Positions 46,816 to 56,479 of a stretch of 64,000 nt of DNA are shown here, one piece after another. The stretch is from Bacteroidota bacterium (GTDB lineage: Bacteria > Bacteroidota > Ignavibacteria > Ignavibacteriales > Ignavibacteriaceae), in assembly GCA_021824565.1 (NCBI GenBank), contig JAKAKL010000054.1:94061-158060 (forward strand), in the 5' to 3' direction. Under the pieces are notes generated by a model. The model worked only from the letters and a program-made list of their open reading frames with translations, was not told where the DNA came from and ran no database searches. Both the position numbers and the translations under genes were made by a program. Numbering within the stretch: position 1 is the stretch's first letter; each line of letters opens with the position of its first letter.

Positions 46816-47802
46816 TTAATGATGGAATGATTGTAGGATTAATGCTAAAAATATTATAGTTACCAAAATAATTATTGCGGTACCAACCGAAACCACAACC
46901 GGTTTTTTCCAAAACGGCGCCGCAGTTCCCGGGCCTGTGCCGTGCTCAAGAATCGAAACATCAATTGCCTGCAGGTTGTCAATTTCTGAAATCATTGCAC
47001 GCATATCCTTATATCTGTCATTAGGATTGCGCTGAATAGATTTTGCCACAAGGGCGGCAGCTTGAGGAGAAATATTTTCTTGTTCTTTATCTAACCGAGG
47101 AATGGCGCCTTGAAGATGCTGCGCCATGACAGCCATATTATTATCTCCGCCGAAAGGAAGCCTTCCGGTAAGAAGCTCGAATAAAATAATTCCCAGGGCA
47201 TAAATATCCGTACGCTGATCTCCGCGGTGTCCTTCAATTTGTTCGGGGGCCATATAGTCAGGCGTACCAGCAGCACCGCTGAAGTTGGCATAGGTAACGC
47301 GGTGCGAGCCTTTCGTTAATGTGAGACCAAAATCCAAAATAACAGGCTGCCCTTCGCTGGTTATTAAAATATTTTCAGGTTTAAGATCGCGGTGAATAAT
47401 GCCGTGCTCATGACAATGTGCAAGACCGTCGGCGACTTTTCGAATAAGTTCAATAGCTTCTTCGGGGTCGAGAGGAGCCTTTTTATGAATAAGCTCTCTC
47501 ATAGATTCGCCTTCAATCAGTTCAGTAACAAGATACGGAGTATTATTAAATTTCCCGGAGCCTAATCCTTTTTGAATTGCAGGATGATTTAAGGTACGCA
47601 TTACTTCCAGTTCGCGCTGGAATCTTTCATACTGCGCTGGATCTCCTATAGACATTCTATCAGGAATTTTTAACACAACATCTTTTCCGCTAAGCAGATC
47701 ATAAGCCCGGTAAATATCACTCATTCCGCCTTTGGCTAAATGTTCGCGGATCTGGAAATGATCAAACTGGTCGCTTATTTGAAGCATTGATGATAATGGC
47801 AT
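46816..47802 (-). CDS. Hanks-type Ser/Thr protein kinase with a single C-terminal TM anchor
   Basis: LAKGGMSDIYRA, VVLKIP, HRDLKPENILI, DFGLT, GTPDYMAPEQ. The C-terminal VVVSVGTAIIILVTIIFLALIL is followed by only 5 residues. Confidence 0.85.
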   Translation of the reverse strand: MPLSSMLQISDQFDHFQIREHLAKGGMSDIYRAYDLLSGKDVVLKIPDRMSIGDPAQYERFQRELEVMRTLNHPAIQKGLGSGKFNNTPYLVTELIEGESMRELIHKKAPLDPEEAIELIRKVADGLAHCHEHGIIHRDLKPENILITSEGQPVILDFGLTLTKGSHRVTYANFSGAAGTPDYMAPEQIEGHRGDQRTDIYALGIILFELLTGRLPFGGDNNMAVMAQHLQGAIPRLDKEQENISPQAAALVAKSIQRNPNDRYKDMRAMISEIDNLQAIDVSILEHGTGPGTAAPFWKKPVVVSVGTAIIILVTIIFLALILQSFHH

Positions 47803-47914
47803 AGTAACTTAGTTTTAATTGATGAATTATAGTTAAGATTTCACATAAAAGCAAAGTTAGAAGTAATTACAGCATGATGAATGATAGTAATTACTTTTAA
47901 CAAATTATTATTTT

Positions 47915-48754
47915 TCATTTTGAGTTCCTACGAAATAAATTGGAGATAAACCACTCTTTCTTCACCTTATCCGGTTCAATAGAACTAACCAACTTATTAA
48001 ACCGCAAGACAATAATAGAAAGATTATCGTCACTTTCTCTTTTCATAGCGAGATTGATTATTTCTTTACCAAGTTCCTTAGGAGAGTTTTTATCTTTTGT
48101 TAAATTAGCAAATTCGTCGTCTTCAATTACAGACCAGACGCCATCGGTGCAAAGTACAAGCATATCGTCCTCTTTCACATGAACTTTAAAAACATCCGGT
48201 TGAACGAATAAACTCGCACCAAGGCACTTTTCAAGGACAGATCGCTGGCTATGGGTGCGGACTTTATCCGGTGCAAGGATTTTCATTCTAACCAATTCGC
48301 CAACTCGTGTATGATCATTTGTAAGGCAAATTGATTTATTTTCGCGGATCAAATAAGCGCGGCTGTCGCCAACATGACCTACATAAAGATTATGACCAAA
48401 AATATTGACGGTTGTTAATGTAGTACCCATTCTACCGGCAGCCATTTGCTGGGCAGTTTGATAAACACTTAAATTAGCGTTTTGAATGCCGACGCGAAAC
48501 TTTTGCAGCGGAGTTGCGCCGTTCGCTTCGTAAAAAGTATCAAAAAAAGTTTCAAGAGCTAATTTACTTGCAATACCGCCGTGAGCGTAGCCTCCCATCC
48601 CGTCTGCTATTCCGTATAAATGACCAACCTTAGAGGTGAATTCATCTTCCGGATTACATAGCCAGACCGCATCCTGATTATCATCCCGTACATTTCCGGT
48701 ATGAGTAAAACTATATGAACTTATTTCCGCAATTTCAATTGCCGTCATCGGCAT
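47915..48754 (-). CDS. PP2C-family Ser/Thr phosphatase
   Basis: RDDNQDA, GIADGMGGYAHG, VGDSRAYL, LCTDGVW, SDDNLSIIV. Confidence 0.85.
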   Translation of the reverse strand: MPMTAIEIAEISSYSFTHTGNVRDDNQDAVWLCNPEDEFTSKVGHLYGIADGMGGYAHGGIASKLALETFFDTFYEANGATPLQKFRVGIQNANLSVYQTAQQMAAGRMGTTLTTVNIFGHNLYVGHVGDSRAYLIRENKSICLTNDHTRVGELVRMKILAPDKVRTHSQRSVLEKCLGASLFVQPDVFKVHVKEDDMLVLCTDGVWSVIEDDEFANLTKDKNSPKELGKEIINLAMKRESDDNLSIIVLRFNKLVSSIEPDKVKKEWFISNLFRRNSK

Positions 48755-48765
48755 TCCTTATGAAG

Positions 48766-48799
48766 AATAGAAAAAGGAAGAGGCAGAAAAGCCTCCTCC
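48766..48799 (-). terminator. Putative internal terminator or attenuator between the permease and the PP2C gene
   Basis: The minus strand reads GGAGGAGGC-TTTTCT-GCCTCTTCC followed by TTTTTCTATTC. Confidence 0.5.
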
Positions 48800-48825
48800 T
48801 TAATCCGGGCAAATGTTTAAAATGA

Positions 48826-50349
48826 TTATTTATTAAGAGCAGTAACCGGCGGGATAATATATCTGCCGTGCTTTTTACTGTTCCAAACCAGATATGCTAC
48901 GCTTACAACAGTCCAGCCTCCAGTAATCCATAATGCCATTTTAGTTGCATCGGAAGAAACTCCGGGAGTAGATAAACCTATGACGACAACTCCAGCGAGC
49001 AGACCAACGTTTCCTAAAAATCCAATAATAGGGATGATGGCATGTTTGACACTATGAAATTCTGTTCTTCCAATAAATGTAACAAAAGTTAAACCGCAGA
49101 TCAGGGCATAGAGCACAAAAGTTCCAATATTAGAAGCCAGTGTAACGCCAGTAAGTGCGGTAACATTTAAGACACCAACACTTCCAATAATTGCCGAAAC
49201 AATTACAAGCATCCAGACACCCATATGAGGTGTAGCGTGTTTTTCATGTAAAACGCCCATGAGCCCAGGCATTTCTTTATCCTGAGCCATAGCAAAGCTT
49301 ACTCTAACGGCGGTATTCATAGCCGCAAGCGTTGTGCCCAATACTGCAAGGGCAACCGTGATTGCAATAATAATCATTAAGGCAAAGCCATTCCCACCAA
49401 GCATAGCGTCACCGATTAATCTTGTAAGATCGCCAATCGGCGCACCTGAAGCCGCAGCAGCAGCAATTCCGGTAAGCTTAGTTCCGTCCGCACCTACATA
49501 AACTAACTTTTCAGAGATCGCATAATTAGCAGCAAAATATTCTAAAAGATATGCGAACAAACCCTGTATAATGAGAGATAAAATTACTCCGCGCGGAATA
49601 TCTTTTTTAGGATTAATTGCTTCGCCGGCTAACGATGTTGAAGACTCAAAGCCAACCAAAATCAAAATTGCGATTGTTGATTGGAAAAGCATTGCACCAA
49701 GACTATGTGGAATTAATATTGATGAAGCAGCCGGATGCAGCCATTGAGTTGCGTGAAGTGGGTTTTCGATTCTAAACATAATTGCCAGAATGCTGAACCC
49801 AACAAGAGAGACCAACTGAATAATATTAATAATTATTGCTACGTTTGTTGAGCCGCTAATTCCTCGTACAGCAATAAATCCTACAAGAATTGAAAAGATA
49901 ACTGCTATTCCAATCTGCATCGGTACCGGAAGATTTACATTAAATTGACTAAAGATGTAAGTAATAAGAGTTGCCATCATTGCAACCATTACACCGGGAT
50001 ATACCCAGTAAAATAAGTGGGCTGCCCACCCGGTAAGGAATTTTGCAATACGTGCAAATCTTTGATGCGAAGCTTTTTCTTTATCAAGAAAGGCTTTTTC
50101 TGCAAAATAGTAAGAACCGCCTGCACCTGCTTCAGGATAACGGCGAGCCATTTCAGAAAAAGCAACTGCCGTAAGAAATGCAACAATAAGAGCGGCTACT
50201 ATTCCAGTCCACATATCTGTATCGCCGCCATTATTTGAAGCTTGGATTTGATAAGTTATCCATAAAAATGCGCCCGGTGCAATAAGCGCCATCGCATTAA
50301 CTGTTACGCCCGTTAAACTGAGCGTTTTTTTCATGGTAGTTTCTGCCAT
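48826..50349 (-). CDS. APC-superfamily amino-acid/amine permease
   Basis: 507 aa, ~12-13 TM, with N-terminal LTGVTVNAMALIAPGAFLW and GFESSTSLAGEAINPKKDIPRG typical of APC transporters. Confidence 0.75.
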   Translation of the reverse strand: MAETTMKKTLSLTGVTVNAMALIAPGAFLWITYQIQASNNGGDTDMWTGIVAALIVAFLTAVAFSEMARRYPEAGAGGSYYFAEKAFLDKEKASHQRFARIAKFLTGWAAHLFYWVYPGVMVAMMATLITYIFSQFNVNLPVPMQIGIAVIFSILVGFIAVRGISGSTNVAIIINIIQLVSLVGFSILAIMFRIENPLHATQWLHPAASSILIPHSLGAMLFQSTIAILILVGFESSTSLAGEAINPKKDIPRGVILSLIIQGLFAYLLEYFAANYAISEKLVYVGADGTKLTGIAAAAASGAPIGDLTRLIGDAMLGGNGFALMIIIAITVALAVLGTTLAAMNTAVRVSFAMAQDKEMPGLMGVLHEKHATPHMGVWMLVIVSAIIGSVGVLNVTALTGVTLASNIGTFVLYALICGLTFVTFIGRTEFHSVKHAIIPIIGFLGNVGLLAGVVVIGLSTPGVSSDATKMALWITGGWTVVSVAYLVWNSKKHGRYIIPPVTALNK

Positions 50350-50377
50350 AATATTTCTCCTATATATATTTTTGTTG

Positions 50378-51472
50378 TTAAAAACTATACACAGAACCTA
50401 TCAGGATAGTATTCTGATTATTTTTGGTAAATGCTCCGGTCTCATCTTCAAATGTATTTTGATCCGACCAATCTCTTCTATACTCAAGGCGTGTTAGCAA
50501 ACTGCCGCCGAATTTATATTCATAAGTAAGCGTTATCTCCTTTAGCGCTTGTGCTACTCCCGTCGTAAATCCGGACTGATCATAATAATATTCTCCTCTC
50601 ACGGCTACCGCCGATACATCTGTTACTGTATATTTACCTGTCAGCGCTGCTCCTTTCCATATTGCAAAGCCGGAAGGAGATAAAGCTTCTTGTCCATAAT
50701 CTGCATCCAACGTAACAAACAATGCATCTGTTGCCTGATAGTTCAGTATCGTATCAAATACATGTCTTTTGTTAGTGCTGTTTGCTTCTTCCGGTCCGCC
50801 GATATAATTCTCTATGATTGTAAACGCTGAACTCGGACTCCATGATATTTCAGCGCCAAGCGTTTTATCTTTATTATTATCAACTACATTATTCCATCCA
50901 TTGTAGATATACAATGTTGCATTTAACTGACTACTGAACGGGTAGCTTGCACATAGTCCAACATGGAAATATGGTATTGCATAAGCAAAAAGGATTGATC
51001 TGCTGTAGTTTATATTCGCTGCTGTTTCAATTACCTCGCTTCCCATGTGAGTTGACATTTTCCCGGCGTTGATTGTAAGCCCATTACCCACCGGAACTAC
51101 TGCCGTTAAAAATGCTTGCTCTACATTCCTTAGCGACTTCTCATAACCCAGACTTGCATCGCTGTTCACCAGATCCATTGCATGACCAAATGCAAGATCA
51201 ACTCTAAAGCCTACCGGGCTCGCTGCTTTCTGAAAAGTTACTTTTGCAAGATTTATATCGAACTGGTTTTCTGTAACATCAAAGTTCCTAAAGTCATTGA
51301 TGTGGCTTGCAGGGTTATTAAAGTTCTTGCTAAAGTAAACATCTACCATTCCAGTAATTTGAAGCGGATTGCTAACGCTATCTTTCGTCTGTGAATATAG
51401 ATTTGAACTTATAAACAACACCAATACGATGAAGCTTATTTCTCTTACTGTTGTACTACATTTTTTTTTCAT
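50378..51472 (-). CDS. Outer-membrane beta-barrel porin
   Basis: Signal peptide, alternating beta-strand pattern and a C-terminal ...LIGSVYSF aromatic terminus. Confidence 0.65.
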   Translation of the reverse strand: MKKKCSTTVREISFIVLVLFISSNLYSQTKDSVSNPLQITGMVDVYFSKNFNNPASHINDFRNFDVTENQFDINLAKVTFQKAASPVGFRVDLAFGHAMDLVNSDASLGYEKSLRNVEQAFLTAVVPVGNGLTINAGKMSTHMGSEVIETAANINYSRSILFAYAIPYFHVGLCASYPFSSQLNATLYIYNGWNNVVDNNKDKTLGAEISWSPSSAFTIIENYIGGPEEANSTNKRHVFDTILNYQATDALFVTLDADYGQEALSPSGFAIWKGAALTGKYTVTDVSAVAVRGEYYYDQSGFTTGVAQALKEITLTYEYKFGGSLLTRLEYRRDWSDQNTFEDETGAFTKNNQNTILIGSVYSF

Positions 51473-51903
51473 GTGGCTCCTAAATTTGTTATATGATGAT
51501 TTATAAAATAGACTGCACTATAAAACTGAAAAGCCATGATGTAATAGCTTTAACTGTACAGATGCTATAAAGTTTTCTTTTAAAAGATCTTTCTTCATTT
51601 TGGTTCCTTATATTTTGTTTATGTTAAGTTTGTTATTATAGTTTCTTTATTTAATGAAGTTTAAAGATAATATTTCCTAAATAAATTAAGTAAATTAAAA
51701 TTTGCACATTAATAAGTAAGAAATTTTATCCTTTTTGTCAAGCAATCTTTAATATTTTTTTTAGCTACTTCTTAAAAGTGATTTAAATCCACTGAAATAC
51801 TTAAAAATTTTCCGAATATGAGATTTATATCTATAATAAATTCTTCTTTGATAATTCATAAAAAATGTTAAATTAAGGCTTGAGTAAAAAGGAAGGATGA
51901 ACT

Positions 51904-53364
51904 ATGAATAAAATTACAATAGTACTCTTTTTTTTATTAATCTATTCGCAGGCTTATTATTCACAAACCATAAAGCCTGTTGATCTTTACAATCCAATGT
52001 CAAACACTTTAGCCGCTACAATCGATGGCGGAATTACTTTAGGCCAAACTGATTACAGGGACATAAAAGTTAGTTATACTGGAAGAGCTTCGTTAGAGTA
52101 TTTTTTCTTTTCGAAAGGGAAAGCTTCGTTCGGTTTAAAAGGGTTCGGAGGCTTTGGTAATGTTTCGGGGAAAGACACAAGGCTAAAGCCAAATGAATTC
52201 GTTACAAGTATAGTTTATGGCGGGTTAGGAATAACATATATGATCGGCATAAATGATATTTTATATCCATATATATCTGCGGGCTATTCAAGTTTATGGT
52301 ATTATCCAAAGGATTTAAACGGGAATGAGCTTCATAGATACAAAGTAAAAAGATACGACAACCAGATGGCCGCGTATGACGGTGAAATCGGGCTGAGATA
52401 TATGGTGTCAGAAAATCTAAGTGTGAATTTATCCGGAGCTTTAAAGCTTGGGACAAAAGATTATCTTGATGATTTGAAATCGGGTTCAAATAATGACGGC
52501 TTCTTTTCAATTACCGCCGGCATATCATTTTACTTTGGAAGAGATAACGATTCCGATTTTGACGGAGTGCCTAACTACATGGACCTTTGTCCAAATACTC
52601 CCTTAGGAGTTAAAGTAGATGCGACGGGATGTCCGCTTGATTCTGATGGAGACGGCGTTCCTGATTATCTTGACAAATGCCCTAATACTCCTAAAGGCGT
52701 TCACGTGGATAAAAACGGATGTCCGCTTGATTCTGATGGAGACGGCGTTCCTGATTATCTTGATAAATGTCCCGACACACCGAAAGGCGTTCAAGTTGAC
52801 GCAACAGGCTGCCCGCTTGATTCAGATGGAGATGGAGTACCAGACTATCTTGACAAATGCCCTGACACTCCAAAAGGCGTACAGGTAGATAAGAACGGCT
52901 GCCCGCTTGACTCAGATGGCGATGGAGTACCGGACTACCTCGACAAATGTCCTAACACTCCGAAAGGAACACCTGTTGACGCTCATGGCTGCCCAATCGT
53001 TAAAAAGCAGCAGGTAATAAAATCTTTTACATTAAGCGGTGATGCAAATTTTGAATCCGGAAAAGCCGACTTGCTGCCGCAGGTATATCCGATACTCGAC
53101 AGCCTTGCTGTAACTATGAAAGAAAATACCCAACTTAAGTGGATGGTTGCCGGCTATACCGACGCAATTGGCTCTACAGAAATTAATCTAAAACTTTCAG
53201 GCAAACGAGCACAAGCTGTTGTTGACTATTTAGTAAGCAGAGGCGTTGATAGAAATAAATTAGTTGTAAAAGCCTTCGGCAAAGCCAATCCGATTGCAAC
53301 CAATAATACGGCTGAAGGCAGAGCAATGAATAGAAGGGTTGAAATAAAAGTAATAGAGAAATAA
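51904..53364 (+). CDS. OmpA-family outer-membrane protein with thrombospondin type-3 repeats
   Basis: N-terminal barrel, 4-5 copies of GCPLDSDGDGVPDYLDKCPNTPKGV.VD, and a C-terminal OmpA domain (VAGYTDAIGSTEINLKLSGKRAQAV, NRRVEIKV). Confidence 0.85.
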   Translation: MNKITIVLFFLLIYSQAYYSQTIKPVDLYNPMSNTLAATIDGGITLGQTDYRDIKVSYTGRASLEYFFFSKGKASFGLKGFGGFGNVSGKDTRLKPNEFVTSIVYGGLGITYMIGINDILYPYISAGYSSLWYYPKDLNGNELHRYKVKRYDNQMAAYDGEIGLRYMVSENLSVNLSGALKLGTKDYLDDLKSGSNNDGFFSITAGISFYFGRDNDSDFDGVPNYMDLCPNTPLGVKVDATGCPLDSDGDGVPDYLDKCPNTPKGVHVDKNGCPLDSDGDGVPDYLDKCPDTPKGVQVDATGCPLDSDGDGVPDYLDKCPDTPKGVQVDKNGCPLDSDGDGVPDYLDKCPNTPKGTPVDAHGCPIVKKQQVIKSFTLSGDANFESGKADLLPQVYPILDSLAVTMKENTQLKWMVAGYTDAIGSTEINLKLSGKRAQAVVDYLVSRGVDRNKLVVKAFGKANPIATNNTAEGRAMNRRVEIKVIEK

Positions 53365-53377
53365 AGATCGTAATTGG

Positions 53378-53407
53378 ACGAGGAGCAGTTTGATTACTGC
53401 TCCTCGT
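53378..53407 (+). terminator. Terminator hairpin after the ompA-like gene
   Basis: ACGAGGAGCAG-tttgatta-CTGCTCCTCGT, with only a weak T tract after it. Confidence 0.55.
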
Positions 53408-53582
53408 AAGTTTAGATAAAATAAAAAATTAAGAAATAACTGATTAAAAATTACATGATAAGCGAAAATTCTTCCTTTTAGGATATCAGATAAAACCTGT
53501 TTTAATAATTTATATAATACAAAACATTGGTACTATAATTGACTTCGTAAATTTGTTATAAATTAATTAGAATTAATTATCT

Positions 53583-53888
53583 ATGAAAAAATTACTGCTC
53601 GTGATAATTTTATTGCTGACGATAGTTCTTCTCAATCCCTTTGATGTTTATAATTTTATAATCAAAGATATAAGCTCTATATCAAACAGAGATGGTTTTG
53701 AAAAAATGATTAATAAAAAACATTATCTAATAAAATCTATTGTTCTTAATCCTAACAAGATGGATAGAAATACTTATAAAACTATTTACGAGTTCTTAAA
53801 TATAGATACTATAGCAAAGGAAAAGATGGTTGATGTAGTTGAATATATTTTTACAGGAAGATTTAATAATAATATAGCCGTGATGTAA
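53583..53888 (+). CDS. Hypothetical small signal-anchored protein
   Basis: Hydrophobic N-terminus MKKLLLVIILLLTIVLL. I recognise no family. Confidence 0.35.
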   Translation: MKKLLLVIILLLTIVLLNPFDVYNFIIKDISSISNRDGFEKMINKKHYLIKSIVLNPNKMDRNTYKTIYEFLNIDTIAKEKMVDVVEYIFTGRFNNNIAVM

Positions 53889-54109
53889 ACCCGGTAAAGG
53901 GAAAAAATATAAACATAAATTTAAGTACAAACAATGCCTATGCTTCTCAATTTACCCTTAGTAATCGCAGTAATAATTATGTTAACGAAGGGCTGAACAT
54001 TTGTAATTAGTTTATTTATAAATAAAAATTTTTATTCACTTTTGTACTGACTAATAAATGCTAGTGACATCAGAAAGGGAAAAAATAGAGCCGTTATTAT
54101 TTTTTGTTT

Positions 54110-55750
54110 TTATTCTTTTTCTTCTGGAATAGTGAAAGAAAAAGTGCTTCCTGAATTAACTTTGCTATGGACAGAAAGTCTTCCTCCATTTTTTTCAACA
54201 AATTCTTTGACAAGAAGCAATCCTAAGCCCGTTCCATATTCTTTTTCAGTTCCCGGTGTAGAATTAATTTTATTTCCAAAGATATTTTCTATACTTGCTT
54301 CGCTCATACCAATTCCGTTATCTTCAACAGACACTTTGATAAACCCGCCGTCAGCCTGCTCAGTTTTCGTCGCACTAATTTTTACATCTCCTCCTTTGCG
54401 TGTAAATTTTATTGCATTAGAAACAAGGTTTTGTATAATTGAATTAATCATATCCTCATCAACTATAACATAGATTGAATTATCAACATCAAGCAAAAGA
54501 TTAATTTGTTTTTTAATTGCGTTACCTTTTATCAAATTTAGGCTTGTTCTGATAAGTTTACTCAGATTAATCCTAGTAGGATTGAAATCAACTCTTCCCA
54601 TTTGAATTCTAGAAAACTGAAGAAGATTATTCGTCATGTTATACAGGTTCTTCGAAGTGTCATAAATTACCCTAAGATATTCCCTAATCTCGTCATGAGT
54701 CAAAGAATCATATTCGGAATTAAGAATTTCAGAAAAGCCCAGCAATGAATTAAAGGGGCTTCGAAGATCATGAGAGATTAAAGAAATCAATTTATCTTTA
54801 GAAGTATTTAGTTGTCTAAGCTTTTCTATCAGATCGCTTTTTTCTTCTTCAACTCTCTTTCTTTCAATGGCGCGTGAAATCGCAAAAGAAATAACTTCAA
54901 GAATTTCTTTTTCTCTGTCGCCATAAGTTTTTTCCTCCTTATAGTCCTGGACAACTAAAACACCGATAGTAACTTCTTGAATCTTTAAGGGAATGCCGAG
55001 CCAGATGCAAGTTGGAGAGCCAATCAAATCAACTTCGCCACTAGCTACAAGCTCTTCGTCCTTAGCACTATTCACAAGAATTGATTTACCGCTTCTCAAC
55101 ACATATTCGGTTAGACCTCTTCCCAATCTTTTCTGGGGTGCAACTTTATCCACTTGATCAACAAAGTATGGAAAATTAATTATGTTCGCTTCCCTATCGT
55201 GAAGAGCAATATAAAAATTCTCTGCCGGCATCAATTCGCTAACTGATGTACGAATAAAACTAAAAAATTCATTCAGATTACCGCTGGAGTTTGCTGCTTG
55301 CAGAATTTTGGAAATTACTTGCTGTACTTTCTCACTTTTCTTTCTTTCAGTTATGTCTAGTCCAGAGCCTAATATGCCTGCAACTTCTCTTTGCTCATTA
55401 AAGATTAATGAATTATGCCATAGTATGCACTTCTCTTCGCCCGATTTTGTAAGAATCGCGTTTTCATTTACTGCAAATGACTCGTGAGCACTTTGATAAA
55501 AGTCTTCCACTTTCTTTGACAGCTCATCCCTATAATTTCCCGGTATAAAATTTTTAATCCAATTCTTGCCTATTATTTTATTTTTAGGATAGCCTAAAAG
55601 GACACATCCTGCTTTATTAATAAACTCGACGTTTCCCTCCTTATTAATAAGTAGGAAGATTGTATCGGAAAGATCGAGCACTGTAAGCAACTTATTATTA
55701 CCGTCTTTCATTTCAGAAAGAAGGTCAAAATTTTCAGATGTTCTAGTCAT
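54110..55750 (-). CDS. PAS-GAF sensor histidine kinase
   Basis: PAS (GILGSGLDITERK), GAF (IWLGIPL...GVLVVQD), H-box ISHDLRSPFNSL, N-box NLVSNAIKFT, DNGIGM, GTGLGL. Confidence 0.85.
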   Translation of the reverse strand: MTRTSENFDLLSEMKDGNNKLLTVLDLSDTIFLLINKEGNVEFINKAGCVLLGYPKNKIIGKNWIKNFIPGNYRDELSKKVEDFYQSAHESFAVNENAILTKSGEEKCILWHNSLIFNEQREVAGILGSGLDITERKKSEKVQQVISKILQAANSSGNLNEFFSFIRTSVSELMPAENFYIALHDREANIINFPYFVDQVDKVAPQKRLGRGLTEYVLRSGKSILVNSAKDEELVASGEVDLIGSPTCIWLGIPLKIQEVTIGVLVVQDYKEEKTYGDREKEILEVISFAISRAIERKRVEEEKSDLIEKLRQLNTSKDKLISLISHDLRSPFNSLLGFSEILNSEYDSLTHDEIREYLRVIYDTSKNLYNMTNNLLQFSRIQMGRVDFNPTRINLSKLIRTSLNLIKGNAIKKQINLLLDVDNSIYVIVDEDMINSIIQNLVSNAIKFTRKGGDVKISATKTEQADGGFIKVSVEDNGIGMSEASIENIFGNKINSTPGTEKEYGTGLGLLLVKEFVEKNGGRLSVHSKVNSGSTFSFTIPEEKE

Positions 55751-56179
55751 ATTAAAATATCTATATGCTGATTACTAAAGTCATAAATGAAGTGCCGCAA
55801 ATTTACTGATAAAATAAATAAAATTATATTCATATAATCAATCTATTTAGTTAACAAAAAGTTAACTGTAGAAACAAAGATTCTAACAAGTTCGGCGAAG
55901 ATTAATATTAAAATAATTTTTAATGAAATAAAATTGAAATCAAAAAGGGAGATAGCAAACGATTATCTATCTAACTAACCACAGAAGATCGTTAAAATGA
56001 CAAAAAACTCTGAGAAAAATACTTAGCTAAATTCTGATGAGAATTTCCCAGACGATATATTTGTAAGACTATTTGAAAAGTAGGTATTGTAATGCTTATG
56101 AAAAGATTTTGAAAGAGCATAAAACAAGAATACTGTTCTTTAACAATTATCAACAAAAAAATGCAAAAATCATATTCAA

Positions 56180-56198
56180 GAATAATTGATTATTAATT
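56180..56198 (+). promoter_or_regulatory. Possible Fur-box-like inverted repeat upstream of feoA
   Basis: GAATAATTGATTATTAATT contains AATAAT-tg-ATTATT ~60 bp upstream of feoA. The spacer is 2 nt rather than the canonical 1, and the background is AT-rich. Confidence 0.3.
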
Positions 56199-56257
56199 TT
56201 AAACTTACTATTTTTATGTAGACTAAATCTTAATAATATTTTTTGTAGAATGCATAT

Positions 56258-56479
56258 ATGAAATCAGCGGCTGATCTAAAAAATGGAGAGAAAGGGATAA
56301 TCGTTTCAGTAGATGAAAATCATCCTTCTGCCCGGAGAATCCTTGAAGTGGGCTTCACTCCTGGACAGGAAATTGAATTAATAACTAAATCAATATTCAG
56401 TGACCCGATCGCTTACGCAGTTAGGGGTACTTTAATTGCTATTAGAAAGAACGAAGCAGAGTGTATTAAATTGTTATGA
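56258..56479 (+). CDS. feoA: Ferrous iron transport protein A
   Basis: 73-aa SH3-like protein (GEKGIIVSV...RRILEVGFTPGQEIEL) with a 4-nt overlap onto feoB. Confidence 0.85.
   Translation: MKSAADLKNGEKGIIVSVDENHPSARRILEVGFTPGQEIELITKSIFSDPIAYAVRGTLIAIRKNEAECIKLL

Noticed and set aside
51473-51903. Structured RNA or riboswitch in the 430-bp divergent intergenic region; the same question applies to 55751-56257
   Set aside because: I could find no conserved stem-loop architecture or known riboswitch core by eye. These are most likely just AT-rich divergent promoter regions.
52603-52888. ORFs 52603-52794(-), 52619-52888(+) and 52691-52873(-)
   Set aside because: These are repeat-generated open frames inside the TSP3 repeats of the OmpA-family gene.
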